Shown: positions 1 through 13,649, counted from the stretch's first letter. The stretch: DNA of 64,000 nucleotides from Octopus vulgaris (GCA_951406725.2 OX597842.1:11160001-11224000); one strand, 5' to 3'. Notes: generated from the letters alone by a model not told the origin. Numbers and translations are program-made.

Positions 1-389
1 AGTAACGGAGACGTAAACATACCAGCATCGGTTGTCAAGCAATGCTAGGGGGATGACACACAAACACAAACACACACATACATATTTATATATATAAACA
101 TATATACGACGGGCTTCTTTCAGTTTCCGTCTACCAAATCCACTCACAAGGCATTGGTCGGCCTGGGGCTATAGTAGAAGACACTTTCCCAAGGTGCCAC
201 GCAGTGGGACTAGGAACTGGTTGCAGAAAAGGTTACGTATATATACAGTCTACATGTGGTTGGTAAGCAAGCTACTTACCACACAGCCATTCCTACGCCT
301 ATATACATATATACGACGGGCTTCTTTCAGTTTCCGTCTACCAAATACACTCACAAGGCATTGGTCGGCCCGGGGCTATAGTAGAAGAC
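1..389 (-). mobile_element. SINE family A (tRNA-derived), partial copy plus an adjacent partial duplicate
   Basis: Reverse complement of the family A body and head (gacgggcttctttcagtttccgtctaccaaatccactcacaagg...cttaccacacagcc). The B box is replaced by a 45-bp foreign insert at 211-255. Confidence 0.9.
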
Positions 390-534
390 AATATATAAGT
401 CTGTGTGTGTATGTATGTATACATGTATGTGTGTATGCATATAGTTATATATATATATGTGTATATATATATGTGTACAAATACGTATATTTAAATGTAT
501 GTGTGTATATATAAATACATGTGTGTATATATAA

Positions 535-609
<75 letters not shown>

Positions 610-676
610 CCATTCTTCCAGTCAGAGCCCGTACCAATGCTGGGGCAACATGTATATATATTTGTATATATATTTA

Positions 677-725
<49 letters not shown>

Positions 726-1012
726 ATATATATATATATATGTACACATATATAAATATATGTATATAGGTATATATATATAAGTATATGCATATATTTA
801 TAAATATTTATATATATGTGTATATATTTTTTATAGATGTACATATGTACATATATAGATATATTATATATTGTGTATATATATATATATATATCTACGC
901 AGTTAAGACCTACATCGATATACATGTTAACCTATTAATCTGCAGCTCTCGATAGCTATCTGTGTATTTATGATTCCCGTTCCCTCTCTCCCCATAATTA
1001 TATGCATATATC

Positions 1013-1078
<66 letters not shown>

Positions 1079-1673
1079 ATATATCACTGATATCATAGTT
1101 ACAGGTTTACAAGCATATTGACTGATTTAAATGGCAACACATTGATACAGATACAGAACCAGATATGCATTAATATATATATGCAATAATTCATACACCC
1201 AAACATACAGATATACGCAAAGAAACATACACACTGCAGACAAACGTACGTATATATATCCGTGCACACGCATATAAATACTTCAAACATATTCTAAATT
1301 CTGTTGTGCATAAGACAAAAAGAAGAAGAAGAAGAAGAAGAAGAAGAAGAAGAAGAAGAAGAAGAAGAAAAGAAGAAGAAGAAGCAAAGAAGATGAAGAA
1401 GAAGAAGAAGAAGAATGAGAGGCGAAGATGTTGCTAGAATAAATGCGATATTTCATTATGAGGAAGATGGGTGGGAGGTAAACAAAATTGACATTTGAAA
1501 AGAAAATGGTAGGAACTGGTTGCAGAAAAGGTTACGTATATATACAGTCTACATACAGACCTTATACATAGACAAATGTTTAGATATGCACGTATATATA
1601 ACTGTGTGTGTGCGTGTTTATATATATATATACGTGTGTGTGTATGTATGTATACATGTGAGTGTGTGTGCGA

Positions 1674-1743
<70 letters not shown>

Positions 1744-1807
1744 TTTCTGTAACTATCTGTCAAACTCTTGTCACTCTCTCCCCCTCTCTGCCTCTCTCTT
1801 TCTATAT

Positions 1808-1848
<41 letters not shown>

Positions 1849-1933
1849 CATATATATACATATATATATGTGTGTGTTTGCGTGCGTGGGTATAGATGTA
1901 TATTCATATATATATATATATATATATATATAA

Positions 1934-1976
<43 letters not shown>

Positions 1977-2498
1977 TATATATATATGTATGTATGTATG
2001 TATATGTGTGTGTGTGTGTGTATTGATAGTGAGATAGATATATCAAAACACACAGCCGCACAGACGCACACACGCACACACATATACCTATCTTTATGTA
2101 TGCACATAATCTTTAATTTTCAAATGTATATTTATACAAAATGTATATACGTCCATGCTTATATGTATATACATACATGCCCATATATATGTATGTGCGT
2201 ATATATACATATATTAATATATATCTACACAAACATACATAAATATATATATGCATATAGTGCGTATAGAAATATATCTATATAACCATAAAGACTATAG
2301 ATGTATAAGGAAATATATATATGTATGAGTTTATAAAGCTGAATGTATACACATCTATACACCCATCCTTTCAATTGTTATGTATTTATTTATGTATTCC
2401 AATATTTTATGATTACCGACATCCTACTGTATTTGTAATTCTCTTTCTTTATTCAATTTAGTGTGATTTTAAAACCTATATGTATATATGTATATATA

Positions 2499-2540
<42 letters not shown>

Positions 2541-2567
2541 TATATATGTGTATATATGTATGTATTC

Positions 2568-2612
<45 letters not shown>

Positions 2613-2775
2613 TACACATATATATATATAAATATGTGTGTGTGTGTGTGTAAATTTATGTGTGAAAATGTTATATATTCATGTACGTGTAGAAATATAC
2701 GTATATAAGATACATATATAAATATTTATATATTTTATATCCATATATATATATATATAGATATGCATATACATC

Positions 2776-2840
<65 letters not shown>

Positions 2841-2943
2841 ATGTATGTGTGTATATACGTATGTGTAGACATATATCTCTTTGTATACCTACATCTGTCG
2901 TTAATATGTAATTATATCTACGCGTACAGCATATTTACATATC

Positions 2944-3002
<59 letters not shown>

Positions 3003-3371
3003 AGTTATAAATATATGTAATTGTACACACAAACACACATGCCTACAAAATTATTCTTGTGATCTGCAGCTATTTATTGCTTGCTTGAAGAGTCTAACAT
3101 AATTTTCTCTCTTAAACTCCATTGTACATTGTATGGTTTATATTAATATTTATATGACTATTACATATAAACAGTTGTTTTGGTGGCAGTGTGTGTGTGT
3201 GTGTGTGCGTGTGTTTATGTATGTGTGGAAGCCAGTGTGCGAGTGTGTGTGTGAGAGTCTGTGTGTGGTATGTTTTAGTGTTGTCATGTATTGTGTACCT
3301 TATTCATGTTTCATGTACGTTTATTTTACGTATAAGGAATATATTTGATGTGTGCTTGTATATGTATGCAT

Positions 3372-3450
<79 letters not shown>

Positions 3451-3631
3451 GGCGCAGGAGTGGCTGTGTGGTAAGTGGCTTGCTAACCAACCACATGGTT
3501 CCGGGTTCAGTCCCACTGCGTGGCATCTTGGGCGAGTGTCTTCTACTATAGCCCCGGGCAGACCAATGCCTTGTGAGTGGATTTGGTAGACGGAAACTGA
3601 AAGACGCCTGTCGTATATATGTATGTATATA

Positions 3632-3662
<31 letters not shown>

Positions 3663-3865
3663 ATTTGTATGTCTGTCGTTGTCCCCCTAGCATTGCTTGA
3701 CAACCGATGCTGGTGTGTTTACGTCGCCGTCATTTAGTGGTTCGGCAAAAGAGAGCGATAGAATAAGTACAGGGCTTACAAAGAATAAGTCCCGGGGTCG
3801 ATGTGCACGACTAAAAGGCGGTGCTCCAGCATGGCCGCAGTCAAATGACTAAAACATGTAAAGAA
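3451..3865 (+). mobile_element. SINE family A, full length
   Basis: 5' GGCGCAGGAG, A box TGGCTGTGTGGT, B box GGTTCAGTCCC, central (TA)/(TG) microsatellite, and 3' GGCGGTGCTCCAGCATGGCCGCAGTCAAATGACT-AAAC tail. More than 12 copies or fragments occur in the window. Confidence 0.92.
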
Positions 3866-3872
3866 TATATAT

Positions 3873-3931
<59 letters not shown>

Positions 3932-4049
3932 AGTATATGTATGCATATATGTATATATATATTATATTATTGCGAATACATATATACATTTGTATAAAAA
4001 GATACATGAACTCTTTTATGCGCGTATATATGTGTATGTATATATATTT

Positions 4050-4260
4050 AAAATGTAACCACGTGAATCGTTGGCGGTTTTCTTCGTCCGTCTTCCTTTC
4101 TATAAGACTTACCTCTGTTTCTGAAGAAGTGCGTTGCTCGAAACGTTAAACCACCTTTCTGTCCTTCCCTGAGCGTCTGCTAGTATTTTACATGTACCAA
4201 GTCCTCGCGTTGTTGTTTTTTTTGTATTTGTTCTTCTTGCTCTTGTGGATTACTGTATAT
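4050..4260 (+). mobile_element. Short hammerhead-bearing Penelope-like non-autonomous repeat (family G)
   Basis: Related copies at 16258-16465(-), 34325-34451(-), 41470-41665(+) and 58075-58280(+). The 3' ends abut (TA)n or TA/TG-rich microsatellite. Confidence 0.7.
4117..4151 (+). ncRNA. Minimal type I hammerhead ribozyme motif
   Basis: gttt-CTGAAGA-a-gtgc/gtt/gctc-GAAAC-GTT-aaac. Stem I is gttt/aaac, stem II has one mismatch, and stem III is the palindrome AACGTT. Confidence 0.65.
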
Positions 4261-4261
4261 T

Positions 4262-4297
<36 letters not shown>

Positions 4298-4298
<1 letters not shown>

Positions 4299-5573
4299 TA
4301 GGTTGTCAAAAAAGGTTTTGCGGAATTTTGAATTTTGGTATTAATTAATGTATTTTCAAATTACTTTCCGTTAAATTACTTTGATTTTATATATAATTTT
4401 AAAGCCCGTTTTTTGCTCCATGTAACTGTGTTACGTTTACGTTTTGAATAATTGGGCTATATTTTGCGGAACCTTTGAATACAACGGAGACAAAAAGCAA
4501 ATTCTCACAATTTTCATATTCCAGTTCAAGCTGTTTCAGCAGCCGAAAAGCGGCTGAAACAACTCGTGATGTCAACGATACATTTGGCCCAGGAACCTCA
4601 AATGAACGTACTGCACAATGGTGGTTCTAGAAATTTTGTAGCGGTGACGAGAGTTTTGTAAATGATAAGCGTAGTGGTCAGCCATCGGATGTTGACAACG
4701 ATCAACTAAGAGCCTTAGTCGAAGCCAATCCACGCACAACTGTTCGAAAGCTTGCTTCTGAATTAGACGTAACGTATAACGACAATTTCCAAACATTTGA
4801 AAGAGATTGGAAAAACAAAAAATACTTAAGAAACGGGTGCCGCACGAATTGAACGACAACCCCCCAAAAAAGCCGTTTCGATGTGTCGAGTTCCCTTCTT
4901 TTACACAACAAGAACGACCCGTTTCTCGAACGGATTGTGACTTACGATGTAAAGTGGATTTTTTAAGGCAACCGGAGACGTTCAGCTCACTGGTTGGACG
5001 CCGGCGAAGCTCCACGGCACCTCCTGAAGCCAAAGTTGTACCAGAAGAAGGTCATGGTGACTGTTTGGTGATCTGCGGCCGGTCTCATCCATCACAGCTA
5101 TTGGGATTTAGGCGAAACCATTACGGCGGGGAAGTACTGTCAGCAAATGGATGAAATGAATAAGAAACTCCGACAACAGCCAGCATTGGTCAATAGAAAA
5201 GAACCAATTCTTCTCCATGACAACGCTCGGTTGCACATCGCACAACTGACCGTGCAGAGGTTGAACGTATTGGGCTACGAAACTCTGCCTCATCCGCCAT
5301 ATTCACCAGACCTCTTGCCTACTGACTACCACTTTTGAAGCATCTCGACAACCTCCTACGTGAGAAATGTTTCAAAAACCAAGACGATGCCAAACACGCC
5401 TTCAACGACTTCATCGCTATCATAATGCAGGATTTTTACGTTAATTGCATAAATAAACTCGTTTCACGTTGGCAAAAGTGAGTTGATTCTGTTGGTGTTT
5501 ATTTCGATTAATAAAGTTTTGTTTGAGCCGAGATATGTGCATCTGAATTTAAAGAACTTTCTTGACGACCTAA
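4298..5573 (+). mobile_element. Full-length decayed mariner (DD34D) transposon, about 1.28 kb
   Basis: TIRs TTAGGTTGTCAAAAAAGGTT / AACTTTCTTGACGACCTAA followed by TA. Frameshifted transposase motifs (W/R)VPHEL, PFLERIVTYDVKW, LLHDNARLH and HPPYSPDLLPTDYHF. Confidence 0.93.
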
Positions 5574-5596
5574 TATTTACACATATATATATAATA

Positions 5597-5999
5597 CTCT
5601 TTTACTCTTTTTACTCTTTTACTTGTTTCAGTCATTTGACAGCGACCATGCTGGAACACCGCCTTTAGTCGAGCAATAACCCCGGGACTTATTCCTTTTG
5701 TAAGCCCAGTACTTATTCTATCGGTCTCTTTTGCCGAACCGCTAAGTAACGGGGACATAAACACACCAGCATCGGTTGTCAAGCAATGCTAGGGGGACAA
5801 ACACACACACGCATATATATATATATACATATATACGAGGGGCCTCTTTTCAGTTTCCGCCTACCAAGTCCAATCACAAGGCTTTGGTCGGCCCGAGGCT
5901 ATAGTAGAAGACACTTGCCCAAGGTGCCACGCAGTGGGACTGAACCCGGAACCATGAGGTTGGTAAACAAGCTACTTACTACACAGTCACTCCTGTGCC
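5597..5999 (-). mobile_element. SINE family A, full length
   Basis: (CTCTTTTA)n tail at 5597-5625, then body and head as the reverse complement of 3451-3865. Confidence 0.92.
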
Positions 6000-6059
<60 letters not shown>

Positions 6060-6662
6060 GGAGCAAAAACGCAATAGAGGGCATTAAAACGTTCGAACAG
6101 AGAAACAACAATTAGAAAGACAGGCAAAAAAGACGGATCCCTCGTGGCCTTCTTTCCTCAGTCAAGTTCCAGAAGTCACGACCATTTCGGGCAATAACAC
6201 TTGAGATGGTTCGATCCGGTTGCCCCCCAAAAAGTCTAAGCTAAGGGCATTAGGAATATATGTATCTACGTGTATACATCTATATATACAAATACAATTA
6301 TATGTATATGAGGGTATACGCATACATACACATACACACGCACAGCCGCACACACGAACACATCTACACAAGCACACACGCACCTAGGCTGTAAACACAA
6401 GGTACAAGAAAACCTATACACATATACAGTAATCTATACACATTGTGTGAGGGTGTATATAATTTCAAGTATGCAAACACACACACACACACGCACATAC
6501 GCGTTAATATATGTATGCTTATATAAGGCTATATATGTAAATAACGTATATGATTTTATGTATGTATATATGAATGTATATGTACCTGTGTTCGCTTGTA
6601 TAGGCCTGAATGTATGTATATGTACGCATGTAGGCTTATAGGACACAATGCACTAATACATC

Positions 6663-6726
<64 letters not shown>

Positions 6727-6884
6727 CGTACATCGATGTGTGTATATATATATGTGTGTGTGTCTAAATATGAGTGTATGCGCGTTTCTGTGTCTGTATG
6801 TGTCCCTGAACATTTATATATTTTCGTCTCTATTTTCTTGCGTGTATATGTGTGTATGTATGTATGTAAATAAATATATGTGTA

Positions 6885-6934
<50 letters not shown>

Positions 6935-6982
6935 AGTATATATTTATATATTAAAATATATGTATATATATATACATGTATG

Positions 6983-7016
<34 letters not shown>

Positions 7017-7364
7017 TATATATATAGATTTATATATACATATATATATATGCATATATATGCATATATAAATGTATACATATATGTATATAGATATCTA
7101 TGTGTTTGTATATATATATATATATATATACACACACAAACACTCATACACACATACGCGTAACGGCATCCACCATGCTATATACACCCAGGTCCCTAAC
7201 CCTACCTTGTGGTAATTAATCCTTCAATTTCAGAATAATTCAATTAAAATTTCCCAAACTGACGTCAAAATATTCCTCCATAACATCTTTTTTCTAGGTT
7301 TTTGATTTTTTCGACTCTTAATTTCCCTAATTTTCGCATTTATATTCCCAATATTTAAGCATTA

Positions 7365-7719
7365 TTATCCTTGTTGTTGCGGCTGCTGTTATTGTTATTA
7401 TTATCATTATTTTTGTTGTTGTTGTTGTTGTTGTTGTTCTGGTTGTGTTTATTGCTGTTATTAATAATAATAATAATAATGGTCGTTCATGTGACAGTTG
7501 ATTGTATTGTTGTCGCTCTAATTGTTTTCACCATCATCGTTATTATTATTGTTGTTGTTGTTATTATTATGTCTATTATTATTACTATTATCATTATCAT
7601 TATCATTATTTTTATTATTATTGTTGGTGTTGTTTTTGTTGTTGTTGTTATTATTGTTGTTATTATTATTATTGTTCTTCTTTGTCTTCTTCTTCTTCTT
7701 CTTATTATTATTATTATCA

Positions 7720-7757
<38 letters not shown>

Positions 7758-8466
7758 GTTATTATTATCATTATTTTTATTATTATTATTATTATTATTA
7801 TTAGCATTATTATTGTTGTTGTTCTTCTTCTTCTTCTTTTTATTATCATTATTATTATTATTATTATTATTATCATTATTTTTATTATCATTATTATTAT
7901 TACTATCATTATTATTGTTATTATTATTATTGTTATTATCGTTTTATATTATTATTATCATTATTATAATCAATATTATTATTAGTAGTAGTAGGAGTAT
8001 TGTTGTTGTTGCTATCATTATTATTATTATTGTTGTTATTATTATCATTATTATCATCATTATTATCATTATCATTATTATTATTATCATTATTATTAAT
8101 ATTATTGTCGTTGTTGTTATTGCTATTGTTACTATTGTTGTTGTTGTTATTATTATTATTATAGTTGATGTTATCTTTTTGTGTTTTCATTATAATAGTT
8201 ATTGTTTTTATTAGTATTAACTTCATTGTTATTGCAGTTATTGTTATTGTTATTACTCATACATCATCATCATCGCCATCATCGTCATCATCATCGTCAT
8301 CATCATCGTTTTCATCATCATCGTCATCATCTCTTGCCCCTACTTTCGTGCATTTTCCAATGAAGCCCTTTCGCTACCTGATCATGTCACAACAACTTGC
8401 AGTTGTTTGGGGCAATTCTAGGGCATTCGCTTGTGATATTGGTATTTGTTGTTGTTATTATTATCA

Positions 8467-8525
<59 letters not shown>

Positions 8526-8526
8526 G
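7365..8526. repeat. Compound (TTA/TTG/TCA)n trinucleotide microsatellite tract
   Basis: Visible directly. Source of the poly-I/L/Y ORFs. Confidence 0.95.
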
Positions 8527-9348
8527 AGACAGAGAGCAGTGCATGCCATCAAAGTGACACTGGGGTAAAATATACGCAGCCCAGTATACCCATCATGACC
8601 ACCTGTCTGATAAGGGTACACCAGGTACATGCATCACAGCCATATGTGCACGATATGGTGATCTGATATCAAAATAAACAGCACATGACCTTGCAGGTGG
8701 GGCCCAGTTAGAAATTTCTTCAGGTCGAGTAACCCATCCCACTCGAAAGGGGGTTGTTTAAGGATGTTGAACGAAACACCCATGTTTCCCAAAGATGAAT
8801 TTTCCAAACCCCAAAGAATCTCTCTCAACACATGGCTATGATGCTCCCCCACTACTTCTGTTCGTGATCAGAGATGCACATATCGTCAGACCCCAAGGGA
8901 CATGCTCAACTGGTTAAGGTCAAACAACTGACAAGCAAATCTGTGATATTGAGCAGAATATTTGCTGTAGACCATCTTTTATATCAAGACAAAACAATGT
9001 ACATGATAACACTTCCAATCAGTTAAGATCAGAAGCCACGAGAGCCACTGCCTGGTACTGCATCAGGGCATCGTTTCGAAAGGTGAATTATCCTGATCCC
9101 AAAGAATTTCCTCTCAACACATGGCTATGATGCTCCCCCACTACTTCTGTTCGTGATCAGAGATGCACATATCGTCAGCCACTAAGGGACATGCTCAACT
9201 GGTTAAGGTCAAACAACTGACAAGCAAATCTGTGGTATTGAGCAGAATATTTGCTGTAGCCCATCTTTTATACCAAGACAAAACAATGTACATGATATCA
9301 CTTCCAATCAGTTAAGATCAAAAACCATGGGAGCTACTGCTTGGTACT
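8527..9348 (-). mobile_element. About 540-bp non-coding dispersed repeat associated with (TAA)n (8527-9071), plus a partial tandem second copy (9075-9348)
   Basis: A near-identical copy lies at 37452-37858 with the same end ...GGTACTGC(A/T)TCAGGGCAT. The junctions at 8526 and 37858 lie in (TTA)n. Confidence 0.8.
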
Positions 9349-9349
9349 C

Positions 9350-10091
9350 CGATTTTGCTTTGTGTTTGTACACGGTGACTCGAAATCTTACCCAGAGATC
9401 TCAAAAGAAAACTAGTCAGAACTTCAACTCGCTATTATGACTAAGGTACCATATTTTTGTTTTTGCACAGAGTATTGTTCTAGAGAGTATCTGCCGAAGC
9501 ATGTGGAAATTAGAAATTTGTTTTAAAAGTAATTTGGTATTAAGATGAATATTATGTATGTTACAAAAGCACTTTTGATAATGTTCGCCGATTTTGATGT
9601 TTTTGAAATGGCATAGACGATAATATTGTAGGATATAAGCAGTTCTCATGAGCACCATCTCTTCAATTTCTTCTATTTTTGGATTTCCTGGTATCTGAGC
9701 CAGGTAGGAATCAGCCCCTTTTACTATTATTCCTAGGGAACCTATGACAACAGATACAGATTCTGTCTCGTGGTTCCACATTTTACCCGTTTCTATGATA
9801 TTTCACGATCTTTATACTTGCTTAGTTTTTGGTAGGTTTTGACAAATACATTTATATCGATTGAGGAGGGATGGTCCTTGAATATAATGTCTGGCCTATT
9901 TGCATCTATCTTTCTGTCAGTTCTAACACTGAAGTTCCAAAGGAATAAAATGTGATCATTTCCAAGCTCTGAGTCTGGTTTGTGTTTCCACCAGTTTATA
10001 TCATGAGGCAGGTTGAAGATTGCCCAGTGAATATACTGTGCCGCTCCATCATCCCTCTTGAGATACTCTGTAGGGACAAGAAGTCTGCTAC

Positions 10092-10092
<1 letters not shown>
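9350..10092 (-). pseudogene. R4/Dong-type RLE non-LTR retrotransposon, 3' fragment
   Basis: Minus-strand IDANRPDIIFKD...TYQKLSKYKD...MWN..VVIGSLGII, a PD-D/ExK restriction-like endonuclease C-terminus. The fragment abuts (TAA)n. Confidence 0.8.
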
Positions 10093-10157
<65 letters not shown>

Positions 10158-10213
10158 ATATATTACTGATGGAATCAACTCTACTAATTTTACTGCAAAA
10201 ATAGTACTACTAA

Positions 10214-10253
<40 letters not shown>

Positions 10254-10622
10254 TGTTGTTGTTGTTGTTGTTCTGATATTAATAATGTTATTATTGCAAT
10301 CAATTAATTCATAATTAGAGGATCTTTAATCGTTTTAATTACCGGAAAATTGGAATTTGCGTTATATTGTGGTGGTGGTGGTGGTGGTGGTGGTGGTGGT
10401 GTTGGTGGTGTTGGTGGAGGTGGTGCTGACGATGATCATGGGGATGATGGTGATGATGGTGAGGAGGAGGAGGAGCAGGAAGAGGAGGAGGAGGAGCAGG
10501 AAAAGGAGGAGGGTGTGGCTGCTGCTGCTAGTGATGATGATGATGATGATAATAATAATATTGATAATAATAACAATAATAATAATAACTATAATAATAA
10601 TAATTATAATAATAATAATTAT

Positions 10623-10660
<38 letters not shown>

Positions 10661-10773
10661 TAATAATAATAATAAAAATAATAATAATAATAAAAATAAT
10701 AATAATAATAAAAATAATAATAATAATAATAGTAATAATAATAATAATAATAATAATTATTATTATTATTATA

Positions 10774-10821
<48 letters not shown>

Positions 10822-10875
10822 ATTACTATTATAATAAAAATAATTATAATAATAATAATAATAATAATAATAGTG
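10092..10875. repeat. Compound (TTA)/(GTA)/(GGT)/(GAG)/(AAT)n microsatellites
   Basis: Visible directly. Confidence 0.95.
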
Positions 10876-10959
10876 GTTGTTTTTGTGTCTGTCTGTGTGT
10901 CCTTTATATTATATTCGTTATGAAGAGAAAGAAGAGGGGAGAAAACGAGAGGGGAGAAT

Positions 10960-11035
10960 GTTAATAACAATTAACCAACTTTGAAACAATCAGGGAGTAA
11001 TTATGAAACTTTCTCATGAATATGCAAATCCTCTA
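10960..11035. promoter_or_regulatory. Candidate enhancer with POU heptamer-octamer and Sox sites
   Basis: CTCATGAATATGCAAAT at 11013-11029, AACAAT at 10966-10971 and 10985-10990, and TAATTA, all in a unique island between microsatellites. Confidence 0.35.
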
Positions 11036-11350
11036 ACCCCTGGACTGCAGACATTTTGTCGCCTTATCTCATTATTTAGTCACTTTTCTTCTCCCTTTTC
11101 ATCTCTTCCTCTCTGTTCTTTTTTTTAATATTTTAGTACATTTATCTCTGACCTTCGAAGCAGGCTGTTCTCGTGTCATCTCCCACTCGGTCACTACACT
11201 CGCTCTCATCCGTTAATCCTGCGCAACGTATTGTGTCCGTCCATATGTTGTTAAAACCTGGTTTTAAAAGAGTTGGAGGTAACTCCGCGGCGTTTATTTA
11301 CCATACCACTTCAACAACGACACCAGTGGGCGGAAAGTGGCGGGGGGGGG

Positions 11351-11408
11351 GATGACGAAACTGTTGTTGATGATGATGACGATGATGATGATGAGGATGA
11401 GGATGATG

Positions 11409-11439
<31 letters not shown>

Positions 11440-11584
11440 GGATGATGATGATGAGGAGGAGGATGAGGAGGAGGATGAGGATGAGGATGATGATGATGAT
11501 GATGATGAGGATGAGGATGAGGATGAGGATGAGGATGAGGTGAGGATGAGGATGAGGATGATGAGGATGATGATGATGATGATG

Positions 11585-11636
<52 letters not shown>

Positions 11637-11700
11637 CGATGATGATTTATGATGATGATGATGATGATGGTGATGATGGTGATGATTATGATGATGGTGG

Positions 11701-11767
<67 letters not shown>

Positions 11768-12093
11768 AATGATGGCGATGATGATGATGATGATGAGGAG
11801 GATGATGAGGATGAGGATGATGATGATGATGATTATGATGATGATGATGAGGATAATGAGGATGATGAGGATAAGGATGATGATGATAGTGATGATGATG
11901 ATTATGATGATTATGATGATGATGAGGAGGATAATGAGGATGATGAGGATGAGGATGATGAGGATGAGGATGATGATGATGATGAGGATGATGATGAGGA
12001 TGATGGTGATGATGATGATGGTAATAATGATGGCGATGATGATGATGATGATGATGATGAGGAGGAGGAGGATGGTGAGGATGATAAGGATGA

Positions 12094-12125
<32 letters not shown>

Positions 12126-12270
12126 ATGATGATGATGATGGCGATGATGATGATGGGGAGGAGGAGGACTAGGAGGATGGTGAGGATGATAAGGAGGAGG
12201 AGGAGGAGGAGGAAGAGTAGGAGGAGGAGGAGGTGGATGGTGAGGATGATAAGGATGATGATGATGAGGG
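11351..12270. repeat. (GAT/GAG)n trinucleotide microsatellite
   Basis: Visible directly. Source of the poly-D/M/H ORFs. Confidence 0.95.
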
Positions 12271-12931
12271 GGGAGAAGAAAGAACATACGTTGTCTTTCG
12301 AGCATTGAAAGCTAATGATTTCACGTTCTCTCAGTATTTCTAAATTCTTATGATGCATCTAGGCGCAAGCTTGGTTCCGGGTCCAGGTTCATTGCGTGGC
12401 ACCTTGAGCAAGTGTCTTCCACTATAACCACGAGCCAACCAAAGCCTTGTGAGTGGATTTGGTAGACGGGATCTGGAGTAAATCCGTCGTGTACATATAT
12501 ATGTATGTGTTTGTTCAAGAAATAATCTTCTTTAAAAGTATGGCCGAGCGAGTTGTCTTCCTTCGCTTGATAGATAGGGTTTCCAATTTTCAAGTAAAAA
12601 TTTCTGAAAATGTGGGCAACTCTCCACGGCTTCCGTCCTGGTGTTCAGGTAGCCTCCTGGCTCACGTGAGTTCATGAGAATTATAAATCTTTCGACCAAA
12701 CACAATTTACACAGACAATATATATATATATATATATATATATACTAAGCAATTAAGGGTTTAGCAACGAATTGCCTCACCACACACCGAATTTAGAAAT
12801 AGCAGTCAAAGAGTTATAGCTATTCTTTCTACTAAAAGGCAGATCTCAGTAAAAACACAGCACTTGAAAGGCAAACCCAGACAGGTAAGAGAGAATGAAA
12901 TGACGGCAATCTATCATACAATTTTAAGTCA

Positions 12932-13019
12932 CCTACGGACGTACGTTTCGAAATTAAGTTTTAGGAAAGCATAAGAATTAGATAATTATATCTTACCCAA
13001 CTTCTTTTCTCATCAGCGT

Positions 13020-13022
<3 letters not shown>
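12932..13022 (-). ncRNA. Type I hammerhead ribozyme motif with canonical core, in a short element at about 12745-13025
   Basis: Minus strand: cctacg-CTGATGA-gaaa...tttc-GAAAC-gtac-GTC-cgtagg. Perfect 6-bp stem I and GUC triplet. Confidence 0.8.
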
Positions 13023-13090
<68 letters not shown>

Positions 13091-13101
13091 TAATAAATAT
13101 A

Positions 13102-13134
<33 letters not shown>

Positions 13135-13139
<5 letters not shown>

Positions 13140-13630
13140 TAATAAATAAAATATATGCCTACATACAAACATATATGTACGTACCTACATCTACATGTAT
13201 ATATACATGCATATATAAATATATATACGTAAGTACAGGACACCACAAATAGATGTAGAACTCAACAGAAACGAAAACGGAAAAGCCATTTTTTTACAAC
13301 AGAAAAACAGAGTACAGGACATGCTACACAAGGAAAAATTCCCAATCATCAGCTGTCGCTAGTAGACTTAAGCGTGTTTTGAAGGCAAGACAGGACACGA
13401 CTCGTCAATACTAGGCCTTCCTGCGAGAGAATTAAAATAAAATTACCTCGCAGAGGGGTAAAACAAGCACGAAAAAAATGTAACACAAAGAGGACGTAAC
13501 AATAAAACTGCACAATAAAATACAAGATAAACATACATGTACAAGAAAATACAAGACGAGAAATAAAAAGAAAATACAATACGAGAAATCAAAATAAACA
13601 AGAAAACAAACGAGAAAAACAAACGATATA
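13135..13630 (-). mobile_element. Dispersed repeat (related copy at about 33440-33675) with a decayed hammerhead at 13359-13414
   Basis: 13140-13330 is the approximate reverse complement of 33480-33675. Minus strand: ctagta-TTGACGA-...-AAAAC-acgcttaa-GTC-tactag. Confidence 0.55.
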
Positions 13631-13649
13631 CAGAGAGAGAGAGAGACAG

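Noticed and set aside
3451-3525. tRNA gene calls for SINE heads (also 16505, 22894, 54678)
   Set aside because: A and B boxes are present, but I could not build a complete cloverleaf and the heads continue into SINE bodies.
11273-12172. 299-aa acidic (poly-D/E) ORF
   Set aside because: Pure (GAT/GAG)n repeat, open in several frames and on both strands, with no domain or splice context.
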